Assembly: GCA_038087875.1 (NCBI GenBank)
Contig: CM075979.1
Coordinates: forward strand, 81,592,001-81,656,000
Direction of reading: 5' to 3'
DNA length: 64,000 nt
Source of the DNA: Malacoraja senta
Lineage: Eukaryota
Shown: positions 12,546-23,447 of the stretch, in pieces
Layout of the letters: the number at the start of each line of letters is the position of its first letter
How positions within the stretch are numbered: position 1 is the stretch's first letter
Notes under the pieces: model-generated
What the model was told of the DNA's origin: nothing
Databases searched by the model: none
Seen by the model: only the letters and a program-made list of their open reading frames with translations
Program-made: the position numbers and the translations under genes

Positions 12546-12969
12546 ACTTACATGTAACTTTTCATTCCTGTGAAATATACCAAAATTACTCGTGATTAAG
12601 TAATTGTATGTCAATGTTTTCAACCTCCAAACAGATCAAATTACGTTTTGGTTAAATATTTTACTAAAAGAGTTTTCAAAAGTACAGTCCTCAGATTCAT
12701 ATCTTATAAACCACCGACAGTGCAAATGTATATGTATCACACCAATAACACCATCAGTTCTTAACAACTGGGCATTAGCACCCTCATGAATTAAGTCACT
12801 CCTTGTACAAGTAACAAAGGATTCAAAGTACTAACGTGATGTAAAAATCAACTGTGTAACTTAGAAGATTGAAGTTACCTGCAGAATATGAGTTAAATAT
12901 GAGGAAAATAAATGGTAAAGATTAACGGTAGAGACTGAAGAGAATATATTAATATTATCACAAGATGAT

Positions 12970-13360
12970 GGGGAACCTTGTTGAAACTTACTGAATAGTG
13001 AAATGCCTGGATAGAGTGGATTCTGGAGAGGATGTTTCCACCAGTGTGAGAGTCGAGAATCTGAGGCCATATCCTCAGAATAAAAGGACGAACGTTTAAA
13101 AAGGAGATGAGGAGGAATTTCTTTAGTCAGAGGGTGGTGAATCTTTGTCATTCATTGCCGCAGAAGACCGTGGAGGCCAGGTCAATGGATATTTTTAAGG
13201 CAGAGATTCACAGATTCTTGATTAATATGGATGTTCAGGGGTTATGGCGAGCAGGCGGAGAATGGGGTTGAGAGGGAAAGATAGATCAGCCATGATTGAA
13301 TGGCGTAGACTTGATGGGTTGAATGGCTGAATTCTGCTCGTATAACTTATGTATTTATGA
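12970..13360 (+). mobile_element. CR1 3' fragment
   Basis: FKKEMRRNFFSQRVVNL plus 3' UTR. Confidence 0.8.
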
Positions 13361-13745
13361 ACAAGAGCCCAGGCCATTCAGTCATTAGAACATAATGGCA
13401 CATGTCCTCCCTGAGTGGGAATAGCTCAAATAGTTCCTGATGTGGGGATTCGACCCGAAACATTGACTGTTCCTTTCCACCCATGGATGTTGCACAACCC
13501 ACTGATCTACTCCATTAGATTGTTTGTGGCTTTTATCATGTTTTCCTGTCCTGTTAGCAGATTGCTGCCATGTCTAATGCTGAGTGTTGTCGTTGTTTCA
13601 GCCTCTGCCACAAATCGTGGATGAATTTCCGCAGCGTCAGATTCCTCCCCTGAAGAAACCGCTGTTGGTTTTAATTCATATATTTAATCTTCTCCTTGTC
13701 CCAATGAAACAGGACACATTATATATCCTGTCCCAGATTTTTGTG

Positions 13746-13883
13746 TTCTTCTTCTTTCGTGTCCTTATGCTATATCGTGGCTCGCCACTGCTGTACACAT
13801 CGTTGCGCTATTGCAGTGTTAAGTGCAAGGTCTGCAGTAATACATGGATTATCCAGCAATGGGCATTTTCTGATGTGAAGCAC
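13746..13883 (-). mobile_element. Vingi/Ingi-like LINE 3' end (5'-truncated)
   Basis: Minus strand VLHIRKCPLLDNPCITADLALNTAIAQRCVQQWRATI* (second half of a C-terminal CCHC finger), then GGACACGAAAGAAGAAGAA tail. Confidence 0.7.
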
Positions 13884-13949
13884 TTTCCTTTATAACACCA
13901 AAATAGCTTCAATTTATTTTTCTTGAGCAAAGCAGAAAGTACTAGAATA

Positions 13950-14125
13950 TCTCAGCGGGTCAGGCAGCATCTGTTGACTGAATGGACGGGCAAAGACAGC
14001 TTGAGAAGGGTCCCAACCCAAAAACGTTGCCTGTGCATTCCCTGTGCATGCTGCCTGACCCACTGAGTTCCTCCAGTACTTTGTGGTTTGCTCAAGATTC
14101 CAGCATCTGCGGTTCCTTGTGTTTC
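13950..14125. mobile_element. Degraded inverted pair of Penelope-like terminal repeats
   Basis: CTCAGCGGGTCAGGCAGCAT ... ATGCTGCCTGACCCACTGAG. Confidence 0.6.
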
Positions 14126-14524
14126 TGTTTTTTTCTTCTTTTTTGATGGAAATTGTCCAATACTATTCATCATTCTGCAGGTGAGGGACAAGTTATGAAC
14201 TGCTGGACTTGACTCAGCCAACAGTTTCAGGTTTCTTTTGGTGGGAACGCTTTGTACCCTGTTTGCACCTCACCAAAATGACGGAGCCACGCCTGTGCCG
14301 GCAAACCAGGCGTATAGATAGATCTCTGTGGAAACAAGGGCCTGCAGACGCTGGTTTACAAAGACAGACACAAAGTGCTGGAGTGGACAAAGAATAGATC
14401 GACTGGGCTTATATTAAAGAATGGATTGACTGGGCTTATATTCACTGGAATTTAGAAGGATGAGAGGGGATCGTATAGAAACATATAAGGGATTCGACAG
14501 GCTAGATGCAGGAAAAATCAGAAT

Positions 14525-15290
14525 AACAATCACACAATCACAATAATACTTTATTAGCCAAGTATGTTTTGCAACATACAAGGAATTTCATTTGCCAAGT
14601 CAGTCATACAAATAAAAAGCATTGGAACACAAAAAATACATTTTAACATAAACATCCACCACAGTGACTCCTCCACATTCCTCGCTGTGATGGAAGGCGA
14701 AAAAAAAGTTAAAATCTCTTCCCTTCTTGCTCTCCTGCGGTCAGGGGCCTCGAGCCCTCCGTTGACGGGATGATCTTGACTCCCGTAGCTGATGGCGTTT
14801 GGGCCCTCCGCATCGGGGCGATCAGCTCCTGCATCGGGGGGATGTCAGCTCCCCCCCACCGGGCGATGCAGGAGCTGATCACCCCGATGCGGAGGGCCCA
14901 AACGCCGCCGGCTACGGGAGTCAAGATCATCCCGTCAACGGAGGGCTCAAGGCCCCTGACCGTATCGGGGCTGGTCGAACCTCTGCGTCGTTGGAGCTCC
15001 CGACTAACCTCTCCCGAGACTGCGAACTCTTGATGGTATGTCCGCAAACCGCTGTTGGAGCGTTCCCAGGCAAGGGATCGACTCCGATATTAAGTCCACA
15101 CCCCGTGGTGGGGCTCAAGTCAGTGCGAGGAGGCCTCCAGCTCCATCGATGGTAGGCCGCAGAGCGACCGGAGATGCGATCTGGAAAATAATAGTATCTC
15201 CGGCAAGGTAAGAAACTGAAAAAACGTTTCCCCCTCCCCCATCCCCCCACATAAAACAAACCGGTGAACATTTACACAGACTTTTAACAC
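14525..15290 (-). mobile_element. Unclassified GC-rich retroposon with LINE-type tail and a 99-bp-arm inverted repeat
   Basis: Homologous to 1003-1356; inserted within CR1. Confidence 0.7.
14738..14962. repeat. Inverted repeat, 99-bp arms (14738-14836 and 14864-14962), 27-nt spacer
   Basis: Direct comparison shows 5 mismatches, all transitions. Confidence 0.92.
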
Positions 15291-15347
15291 ATGTTGGGGA
15301 AGTCCAAAACCAGCAGTCACGGTTTAAGAATAAGGGGTAGGCCATTT

Positions 15348-15945
15348 AAGGTTCAAAGGTCTTTTATTGCCACGTGTACCAATTAAGGTACAGTGATATT
15401 CGATTTACCATACAGCCATACTAAAAAAAGCAACAAGACACACAATCACATAAAAGTTAACATAAACAACCACCACAGCGGATTCCCCACATTCCTCACT
15501 GTGATGGAAGGCAATAAAGTCCAAGCTTCTTCCTCTTTATTTTCCCGCGGTCGGGGTAGTCGAACCATTCGCAGTCGGGGCAATCGAAGCTCCTGCAGCC
15601 GGTGATCGAAGCCCCCGCGTCGGGGCGGTCGAAGTTCCTGAGGCTTGGAGCTCCCGAAGTCGGTCTCCAACCAGGAATCGCCAGCTCCATGATGTTAAGT
15701 CCGCAGGACCCCGTGGTTGGAGCTCCCGAAGTTGGTCCCCAGCAGAGGCCGCCAACTCCACGCAGTGCCGACGGAGATACGATACAGAAAAATATTGCAT
15801 CTCCGTTGAGGTAAGAGATTTAAAAAAGTTTTCCACCCCCCACATAAAACAAGCTAAAGAACACTAAAGCATACATTTAACACATACTAAAAAACAACAA
15901 AGAAGGAAAAGGATGAGACAGACTGTTGGCGAGGCAGCCATTACA
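15348..15945 (-). mobile_element. Related GC-rich retroposon (second subfamily)
   Basis: Shares the CCTTCCATCACAGTGAGGAATGTGG core and 5' segment with 14525-15290; flanked by imperfect GCCATT-AGG duplication. Confidence 0.65.
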
Positions 15946-16414
15946 GGCTGAGATGAGGAAAAACTTTCATCCAGAGAGTTGTGCATCTGCGGAACTCTCT
16001 GCCACCAGAAGGCAGTGGAGGACAACTCACTAGATGTCTTCAAGAGAGAGTTAGATATAGCTGTTAGGGCTAACTGAATCAAGAGATATGGGGAAAAAGC
16101 AGAAACGGGGTACTGATTTTGGATGATCAGCCATGATCATAGTGAATGGCGGTGCTGGCTCGAAGGGCTGAATGGCCTACTCCTGCACCTATTTTCTATC
16201 TTTCTATGTAACTCAGCGTGTCATGCAGCATCTCTGGAGAACATGGACAAGTGATATTCCGGCTTGGGACCCTTCTTCAGACTCATCATTGTATACATCT
16301 CTGCCTTTATTGCTGAATGCTGCTTTTCACACTTTTTGGGATTATTTCTTTACAAGTATAAACTAAATATTTGTAAATCCTACATAAAGATTTGAGGAGA
16401 AATACCACAATGAC

Positions 16415-16650
16415 CAGTTTAGTTTAGTTTAGAGATACAGCATGAAAACAGGCCCTTCGACCCACCGAGTCCGCGCTGACCAGCGATCACCTGTACACTA
16501 GTTCTATTCTATACACACTAGGGATAATTTACAGAAACCAATTAACCTACAAGCCTGCACGTTTTTGGAATTAGGGAGGAAACTTGAGCACCCAGCGAAA
16601 TCCCACGTGGTCACAGGGAGAACGTGCTAACTCCACACAGACAGTGTTCC
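16415..16650 (-). mobile_element. V-type SINE (head truncated)
   Basis: SINE core and tail match. Confidence 0.8.
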
Positions 16651-17149
16651 CATTAGAAACCCAGTGCGTAGTCTAATATACAGGATTCCACGGTCTTCAC
16701 ATTTTACTGTAGCAAATCCATTTTCCAATGGAGGAGCCATTCCTCTTTACAATCTCACTTCTGGACCCCTTGGTCCAGTTTCATTGGGATGCAATTGTTA
16801 AAGAGATTTTCTTTTAAAACTTGCTATGGTACAGCACAGTCTCAACTGAATACTTCAGAACATTTTCACAAGCTAAAATTACTTGAACTGAAATGATATT
16901 TGGTATTTGTAGGCAAGTGTGGCAATATTTTTTATGTGTTGTAAAATCCCATGAATGGCAATGAGATGCCACTTTTGACACTGAGCTGTCAAATTACGTG
17001 GAAGCAATGGGGAGTTTCAGAGCAGATTCACATACACAAGTAGATTTTATTAATTTATGTACTCCTATGCAATCTTGAATGGGAAGCAACAAAATATTAC
17101 AATCTATGTGACATATGATTCTTTCCTAGTTAACTGATATAAATAATAA

Positions 17150-17378
17150 GTTCATGTTCTTACGTTATAGGAACAGAATTAGCCCATTTGGCCCATCAAG
17201 TCTACTCCACCATTCAATCATGGCTGATCTATCTTTCCCTCTCAACCCCATTCTCCTGCCTTCTCCCCATAACCCCTGACACCCGTACTAATCAAGAATC
17301 TGTCAATCCCCGCCTTAAAAATATCCATTGACTTGGCCTCCACATCTGTCTGTGGCAATGAATTCCAGATTCACCACC
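17150..17378 (-). mobile_element. CR1 3' fragment
   Basis: Reverse complement of the CR1 3' UTR (GGGGAGAAGGCAGGAGAATGGGG). Confidence 0.8.
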
Positions 17379-17666
17379 TTCTCCTCTTATCTTTATCCCC
17401 TCAGCAGCGACTTTACTGTCTAAACTCTATCTCTTGTAACTTCGAGGATTTGGGTGTGCATTGCAGCAGTATCTTATCAAATACTTATCAAGCAACACTA
17501 TCATCACTTGCAAAGTTTGCTCCAGAATGCCTTCAAATATTACATTTTTCCATCATTATTTGGGTGGCTTTTTTTCCCCCAAGTGATTTGTTAATGGAAA
17601 TGTGAAAAAAATAATTGCCATCATAAGATATATAGCAGTTCTATTGCTTGCTGGTTAAATGAGGCT

Positions 17667-18240
17667 TAGAACAGAACAGTACAGTACAGCACAGGGATAA
17701 CCCCCTTGGCCCACAATGTTTGTGCCAAATATGATGCCTAGCTGAACTGATCTTGTCTGCCTGCACACAATCCATATCCCTCCATTCCCTGCACTTGCAT
17801 ATGCCTATCCAAAAGCCTCTTAAATGCCACCATTTTATCTGCCTCTACCACCACCCCTGGCAATATGTTCCAGGCCTCCACCACCCTCCATATAAAAAAC
17901 TTGCCCGCACATCTCCATTAAACTTCCCCCCCTCATCTTAGTTTTCTAGTGTTCGTCATGCCTTCTAGTGTTGGACATTTCCACCCTTGGAAAAAGGTTC
18001 TGACTGTCTACCCTATCTATATCTCTCAGAATTTTATATAAATCTATCAAGTCTCCCCTCAACCTTCAGCGTTCCATGGAAAACAATCTAAGTCTATCCA
18101 ACTTTTACCACCCTAACTACTTATGCTGCCACCTTTAGTGAGCTATGAACTTGGATTCAAAGATCCCTCCACACCTCAATGCTGTGAAGGGTCTTGCCAT
18201 TAACTGTATACTTTCTCCTTCCATTCAACCTCCTAGGAAT
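17667..18240 (-). mobile_element. Degraded CR1 3' fragment
   Basis: Minus strand ORF2 C-terminal remnants and 3' UTR. Confidence 0.7.
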
Positions 18241-18745
18241 CAAACTAGCCATATCAAAAATTATTGCAGTTAAGCTGATCTCAATTGGACTACCATGATG
18301 TGAGTTTAACAACGTTGAACTGTTGCCTGCTTTCTCCAGACCTGCCACAGTTGGCTTCAGAATCACAAAGAACCGGCATTGGTATTGGTATTGTGTTTAT
18401 TATTGCCACATGTACTGTAATATAATGAAAAACATTGTTGTCTTTAGCCCCTTATGATTTTCGGCAAAACTTCACTCCAAAAGCACAGCTGGGAGCCTTG
18501 CTGAGACTGTTGGCCATGATCTGTGTTGGACAAGAGAGTGGGATTCACAGAGTCAGCCCCACTAAACTTGCTGTGATCAATCCCAGGGAATGAAATCTGG
18601 GCACTTAAACAAGGGTTGCTGGAAACACTCAGAAAATTGGGTAGACTCCATATAGAAGCCTGAGACTTCCATCACAACTAGATATTTCGAAGTAGAAAAA
18701 TTAGATCTCAGGATAGAACTTCAAATACAGAGCCAAAAACAACTA

Positions 18746-19253
18746 CAGGCCACCACTGATTTTCTGGCATCCTTGGTTCCAAAGCCTTTCCGGATTATCT
18801 GTTTTGCCGGACCAAGAGGTGGCACGGCCTCCAAGAGGAGTCGAACGTTACTGGAATGGTCCGCCGAGGGGCCGAGATACCGGCGGCCGGCAAAGTCAGC
18901 CTCGGAAGCCGGCTATAGGAACGGATCTGCGGGCTCCGGCCAGGCTGGAGTTCCAGAGCCCCGGCCGCAGGGGGAAGATTCGACCCGCCGATCGGCCGTG
19001 GAAGTTGGCTATGGGAACCGATCCGCCGGTTCCGGCTGGGCCGGAGTTCCAGAGCCCCGGCCACAGGGGGCAAATTCAACCCGCTGACTGGCCGCGGAAG
19101 TCCCGATGAGGTCGAGATCGGCCGCCTCACCCGGCCTAGGCGACACAATTTCGGGGGGACTTCTGGGGGAGATTTCAAGTGCGCTCTTGCAATTTTGTCC
19201 GGATTAAAAAATGTGCCGGACCACCAGTTACTGTAAAATCGGTGGTGGACCTG
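18746..19253. mobile_element. Tc1/mariner (Tigger/pogo-like) MITE
   Basis: TA on both sides; TIRs CAGGCCACCACTGATTTT and reverse complement CAGGTCCACCACCGATTTT; subterminal CCGGATTA...GCCGGACCA repeats; internal 2x96-bp tandem at 18904-19095. Confidence 0.75.
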
Positions 19254-19499
19254 TATATGAATATTTCAGCATAGTAAGATGTCCTAAGGTTCTTAATGGG
19301 AACAAACCTTTTAAAGTATAATTTCCTCTGTCACCGTTGACTTCAATGAAAAGGAAGATCGGTGGAGGGTATTTTGAAAGGCAGATCCACTGTTTGCTGT
19401 ATCTTACCCCAATAAAATTAAAATTGACACCAACTTCAAAAAAATCTCAGTTGTTTTCAAAGAGGGAACTGATTCTATGCAATGGCTAAGAATTTCAAT

Positions 19500-19914
19500 T
19501 CATATTGCTTAGTTCATGAGATAAAAATAGGAGAGATTGATGCATCTTCATGTATCGACATAAAAATCATCAATTGCCCTTAACCAAATAAACCAATATT
19601 CCCCCAAAATATGTAATCAATAAATGTCATCTCTAAACATCAAGCAAAATTTACAATACTTGACTCAATTAGTCAGCTTCCGTAGGTGAAATATTACACT
19701 GAAGTTTTCATTTGACATTCGGTTGCATTGGGATATATTAAACAATTTTGTGCAATTAAAAATGATGATTATTTAAGTAACAAGCAAAGAATTATTGTCA
19801 GCCTGGGAGTTTAAAATCATATTGTTTAGTTCATGAAATAAAAACAGGAGAGATAGTTTGATGCATCTTCATGTATCAACATAAAAATCATCGATTGCAC
19901 CGTAACCAAATAAA
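19500..19914 (+). repeat. About 95-bp diverged direct repeat (19500-19592 and 19817-19914)
   Basis: CATATTG.TTAGTTCATGA.ATAAAAA.AGGAGAGAT...TAACCAAATAAA present twice. Confidence 0.85.
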
Positions 19915-20144
19915 TCACCAAGCCCTAAGTTTCCATTCCAACCAGAAACCATTCCAGGTCATTTATCTTCACGTTTCTTGGCCATAGCTTTAAGATGATT
20001 TTTCTTTTCCATTAAACTATGCTTCCTCATTACAGAATTCAATGCGAGAACCAAGTGTTGATAAAATATTAACAGGCAGTGGAAAATGGCCTTTCCTATA
20101 GTTTGAAAATGCCACCTTTGACCAATGATTTACTTTTCTTTCCT

Positions 20145-20313
20145 TCTTCTTATCCAGTCCACACACAAGATTAGAAGTTGTTCAGCCAGAGCTACACTTC
20201 TCGGCATCTGCATACAATGGTGCCTGTCTTGTTGCTTCTTGTGCTTCTTGTGCGTGGTGGTGGAAAGAATGGTGGAAACAGGGCCACGACGTGAACACTC
20301 TTTCCTTGACCCC
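20145..20313 (-). mobile_element. Short non-autonomous Vingi/Ingi-like retroelement, family A (second copy)
   Basis: Clearly homologous to 8423-8597; TSD TTTCTTTCCT (20135-20144 and 20314-20323); (GAA)n tail. Confidence 0.8.
20262..20313 (-). ncRNA. Compact HDV-like ribozyme (predicted, CpG-decayed P3)
   Basis: GGGGUC AA GGAAAGA GUG UUCACGU CGU GGCCCU G UUUCCA CCAU UCUUUCC; P2 perfect. Confidence 0.55.
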
Positions 20314-20359
20314 TTTCTTTCCTGAAGGGACAAAACATGCAGACAAAACCTTAGAACTC

Positions 20360-21631
20360 AGAGCGATCTTTACTTCAATCCTTATCACACTTTGCTATTG
20401 ATTGAAATTGATTGATGTGGTGGTTGTAGTATTGAATTTGATTAGCAGTTTTTGAACAGGACATAGCTGCCAAATGTCAACATAGTTAGGCAGATACAGG
20501 TGCTTTACCTATACTGGGATATTTTGGGCAGGGATGTAATTAGGTCTCCACCACTTATCTTCAGCACCACAGCCGGGTTGATTTTGAGTTTGAGTTAACA
20601 GGCCCAACACCACCGAGAACATAGACACAGCTGATCTACATCGGTGAGATCAAGCGGAGGCTTGGCGATCGTTTCGCCGAACACCTCCGGTCGGTCCGCA
20701 ATAACCGACCTGACCTCCCGGTGGCTCAGCTCTTCAACTCCCCCTCCCATTCCGTATCTGACCTCTCTGTCCTGGGTCTCCTCCATGGCCACAGCGAGCA
20801 ACACCGGAAATTGGAGGAAATGCACCTCATATTCCGCTTGGGCAGTCTACATTCTGGGGGCTTGAACATTGAATTCTCCCAATTCTGCTAGCCCTTGCTG
20901 TCCCCTCCCCTTCATCAGCCCTCTGGTTGTCTCCTCCCCTCCCCCAGCCCTCGGGCTCCTCCTCCACCTTTTTTCCTTTCTTCCTTTCTTCTCCCCACCC
21001 CCTATCAGTCTGAAGAAGGGTTTCGGCCCGAAACGTTGCCTATTTCCTTCGCTCCATAGATGCTGCTGCACCCGCTGAGTTTCTCCAGCATTTTTGTGTA
21101 CCTTAGACATAGCTAAAGTATTCTAAATATTTTCTTAACAGGCTTCTTTCAAGAAATCATTCAGGAAAGGGGAATTATATTTTGGATATGTATAATGGAA
21201 AGATTTTGTGGGGAAATTGGAAACAAGTATCAACCCTTATGACTTTTGCATTTCATTAAAAAAACATCTTCCTTTTCTTTGGAGATGCAGATCCCACTGT
21301 AATAAATGTTCTTTGGGGGAAAGCAATATTTATTTTCTGCAGGTTTATCTTTGCTGATCTGGATAATGCGTTTCATTGAGTTGCTTCATTAATTTCACTG
21401 TGCAGAGCAATCTTCAATCCTTATCATACTTTGCTATTGATTGAAAGTCGATTGACGCGGTGGTTGTAGTGTTGAATTTGATCAGCAGTTTCTGAACAGG
21501 ACATGGCTGCCAAATGTCAACAAAGTTAGGCAGATACAGGTGCTTTACCTATACTGGGATAGCTTGGGTAGGGATGTAATTAGGTCTCAGCCACTTATCT
21601 TCAACACCACAGCCGGGTTGATTTTGAGTTT
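20360..21631 (+). repeat. About 230-bp direct repeat pair (20360-20591 and 21404-21631)
   Basis: High identity by eye, e.g. AGTTAGGCAGATACAGGTGCTTTACCTATACTGGGATA in both. Confidence 0.9.
20633..21103 (+). mobile_element. Penelope-like element 3' end: GIY-YIG endonuclease C-terminus plus hammerhead-bearing repeat
   Basis: IYIGEIKRRLGDRFAEHLRSVR...RKLEEMHLIFRLGSLHSGGLNIEFSQFC*; CTGAAGAAGGGTTTCGGCCCGAAACGTT at 21010; imperfect TSD TAGACACAGCT/TAGACATAGCT. Confidence 0.88.
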
Positions 21632-21730
21632 AGTTTGTTGTCACGTGTATCGAGGTACAGTGAAAAGCTTTTGTTGCGTGCTAACCAGTCGGCGGAAAGA
21701 CAATACATGGTTACAATTGAGGCATTATAT

Positions 21731-21784
21731 GGGGTGGGAGATTGCAACCTTCACGTGGTCCACCCTGTTTCGACTAATGCAATC
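21731..21784 (+). ncRNA. Minimal 54-nt HDV-like ribozyme (predicted, intact)
   Basis: GGGGUGG GA GAUUGCA ACC UUCACGU GGU CCACCCU G UUUCGA CUAA UGCAAUC: 7-bp P1 with G1-U wobble, 7-bp P2, 3-bp P3, CUAA J4/2. Confidence 0.82.
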
Positions 21785-21872
21785 AACCCAACGTGCACAA
21801 ACAAGATCAAATAGAACAATTTGACCAACAACGTCAGGCTGCGCACGCCATATGCAAGAAGAAGAAGAAGAA
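21731..21872 (+). mobile_element. Short non-autonomous retroelement, family B, with 5' HDV-like ribozyme and (GAA)n tail
   Basis: Perfect 12-bp TSD GAGGCATTATAT (21719-21730 and 21873-21884). Confidence 0.85.
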
Positions 21873-22057
21873 GAGGCATTATATGTATGTACATTATCTG
21901 TGCATTGAGTTGTACAGATATATGATAAACGGAATAACATGATTAACATTTAATGCAAGATAAAATCCAGTAAAATCCGATCAAAGTTAGTCCGAGAGTC
22001 TCCAATGCGGTAGATAGTAGCTCAGGGCTGCTCTCTATTTGTTAGTAGGATTGTTCA

Positions 22058-22297
22058 GTTTAGTTTAGAGATTCAGCGAGGAAACAGGCCCTTTAGCCCA
22101 CCGTGACAGTGCCAACCAGCGATAACCTCGAATACTAGCACTATCCTACACACCAAAGCCAATTTAAAATATTTTAGCAAAGCCAATTAACCTACAAATC
22201 TGTACGTCTTTGGAATGTGGGAGGAAACCGGAGCACCCATGCGGTCACGGGGAGAATGTACAGGAGCACCTGACGTCAGGATCAAACTCGGGTCGCC
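22058..22297 (-). mobile_element. V-type SINE
   Basis: SINE consensus match. Confidence 0.8.
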
Positions 22298-22489
22298 CTA
22301 TATAAGAGCATAATGATTCACCTGATATCAGAGCACATTGATTCTGTGTGTTAATGCAATTAGTCACTTCCTGGGGATAACAAGAAGTTCCATTTGGTAC
22401 CTGGATCCTTCACAAAGGCATTGTCAAAATTTGGCAACAAACTAATGAAAATATATGAATATGGACAGAAAAGTAAATTATTAAGGATA

Positions 22490-23230
22490 AAAGAGAGAAA
22501 AACAGAGATGAGAAAGAATTCCAGAGATTAGGATATTACCAGCTGAAGCAATGAAGAGAATTGGATGAATGTTGATATCTTGAAGGGTTATGGGACTGCA
22601 AGAAATTACTAAGATGAGAAGGCACAGTGGGTGGCACAGTGGTATAGCTGGTAAAGCTGCTGCCTCACAGCGACAGAGACCCGGGTTCGATCCTGACTTC
22701 AGATGCTGCCTGTGTGGAGTTTTCCCGTTCTTTCTGTGACCGCATTGGTTTTCTCCAGGTGCTCCAGTTTCTTCCCTCATCCCAAAGACATGTCAGTTTG
22801 TGTGTTAATTGGTCTCCGTAAAATTGTCCCTAGTGTGTAGGGAGTGGATGAGAAAGTGGGATAACATAGAATTAGTGTGTGAATGGGTGATCAATGGTCG
22901 GCGTGGATTCGATGGTCAAAGGGCCTATTTTCGTTCTGTATCTGTAAAAATATAGGAGAGGCAAGCCTTGCAAAAAACTGGATGGACGAAAATATGGATG
23001 AGCATTGTAAAATCAAGGTGTTGTTTAACTGGGAGCTAATTTAGATCAACAAAGTTTAGTGATAATGACTGAATGGAATGTTGTGAGTCAAGACATCAGC
23101 AGCAGAGTTTTGGTTGGACTCAGTAACCAGCAGGATATTTCAAGGCAAAGGTAACCAGGTCATTGAGGGTTTCAGCAGAGACGAGCAGAGGCTTAGGCAC
23201 AGTTTGGCAAGGATGTGAAGTCTGAAACAT
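22490..23230 (-). mobile_element. Highly degraded L2 LINE 3' region split by a SINE
   Basis: AGAATTCCAGAG.TTAGG, AAAATCAAGGTGTTG..ACTGGGAGCTAAT, GCAGCAGAGTTTTGG resemble reverse L2 3' sequence (from memory). Confidence 0.5.
22629..22950 (+). mobile_element. V-type SINE
   Basis: A/B boxes, core and tail. Confidence 0.85.
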
Positions 23231-23447
23231 AACACCCCAAGCTTGCCTTCTTTTGTTTGCAAGTAGTCTGCTCAGCTGCAGTCATTTGCAAGGGAAAGCA
23301 ATGGAGTTGGTGGATGGGGAATGGAATTTACGACATGGATGAAGGTGGTGGTTTGTGGACTTTCACATATTGCCGAGTGGTTCCAGTTGGTAGGGGTTCA
23401 AGACGGGACTTCAAGAATAGGTCAGGATGGATTATGCACAGATTATG

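Larger units (their letters stand above)
14392..16210 (+). mobile_element. Single CR1 3' fragment split into three pieces (14392-14517, 15291-15350, 15946-16210)
   Basis: Pieces are collinear with the CR1 ORF2 C-terminus (RLDAGK / MLGKSKT..H.LRIRG / EMRK...GY) and 3' UTR. Confidence 0.8.
21628..22060 (-). mobile_element. Rex1-type LINE 3' UTR, interrupted
   Basis: Homologous to 47750-47990 and 39545-39860. Confidence 0.7.
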
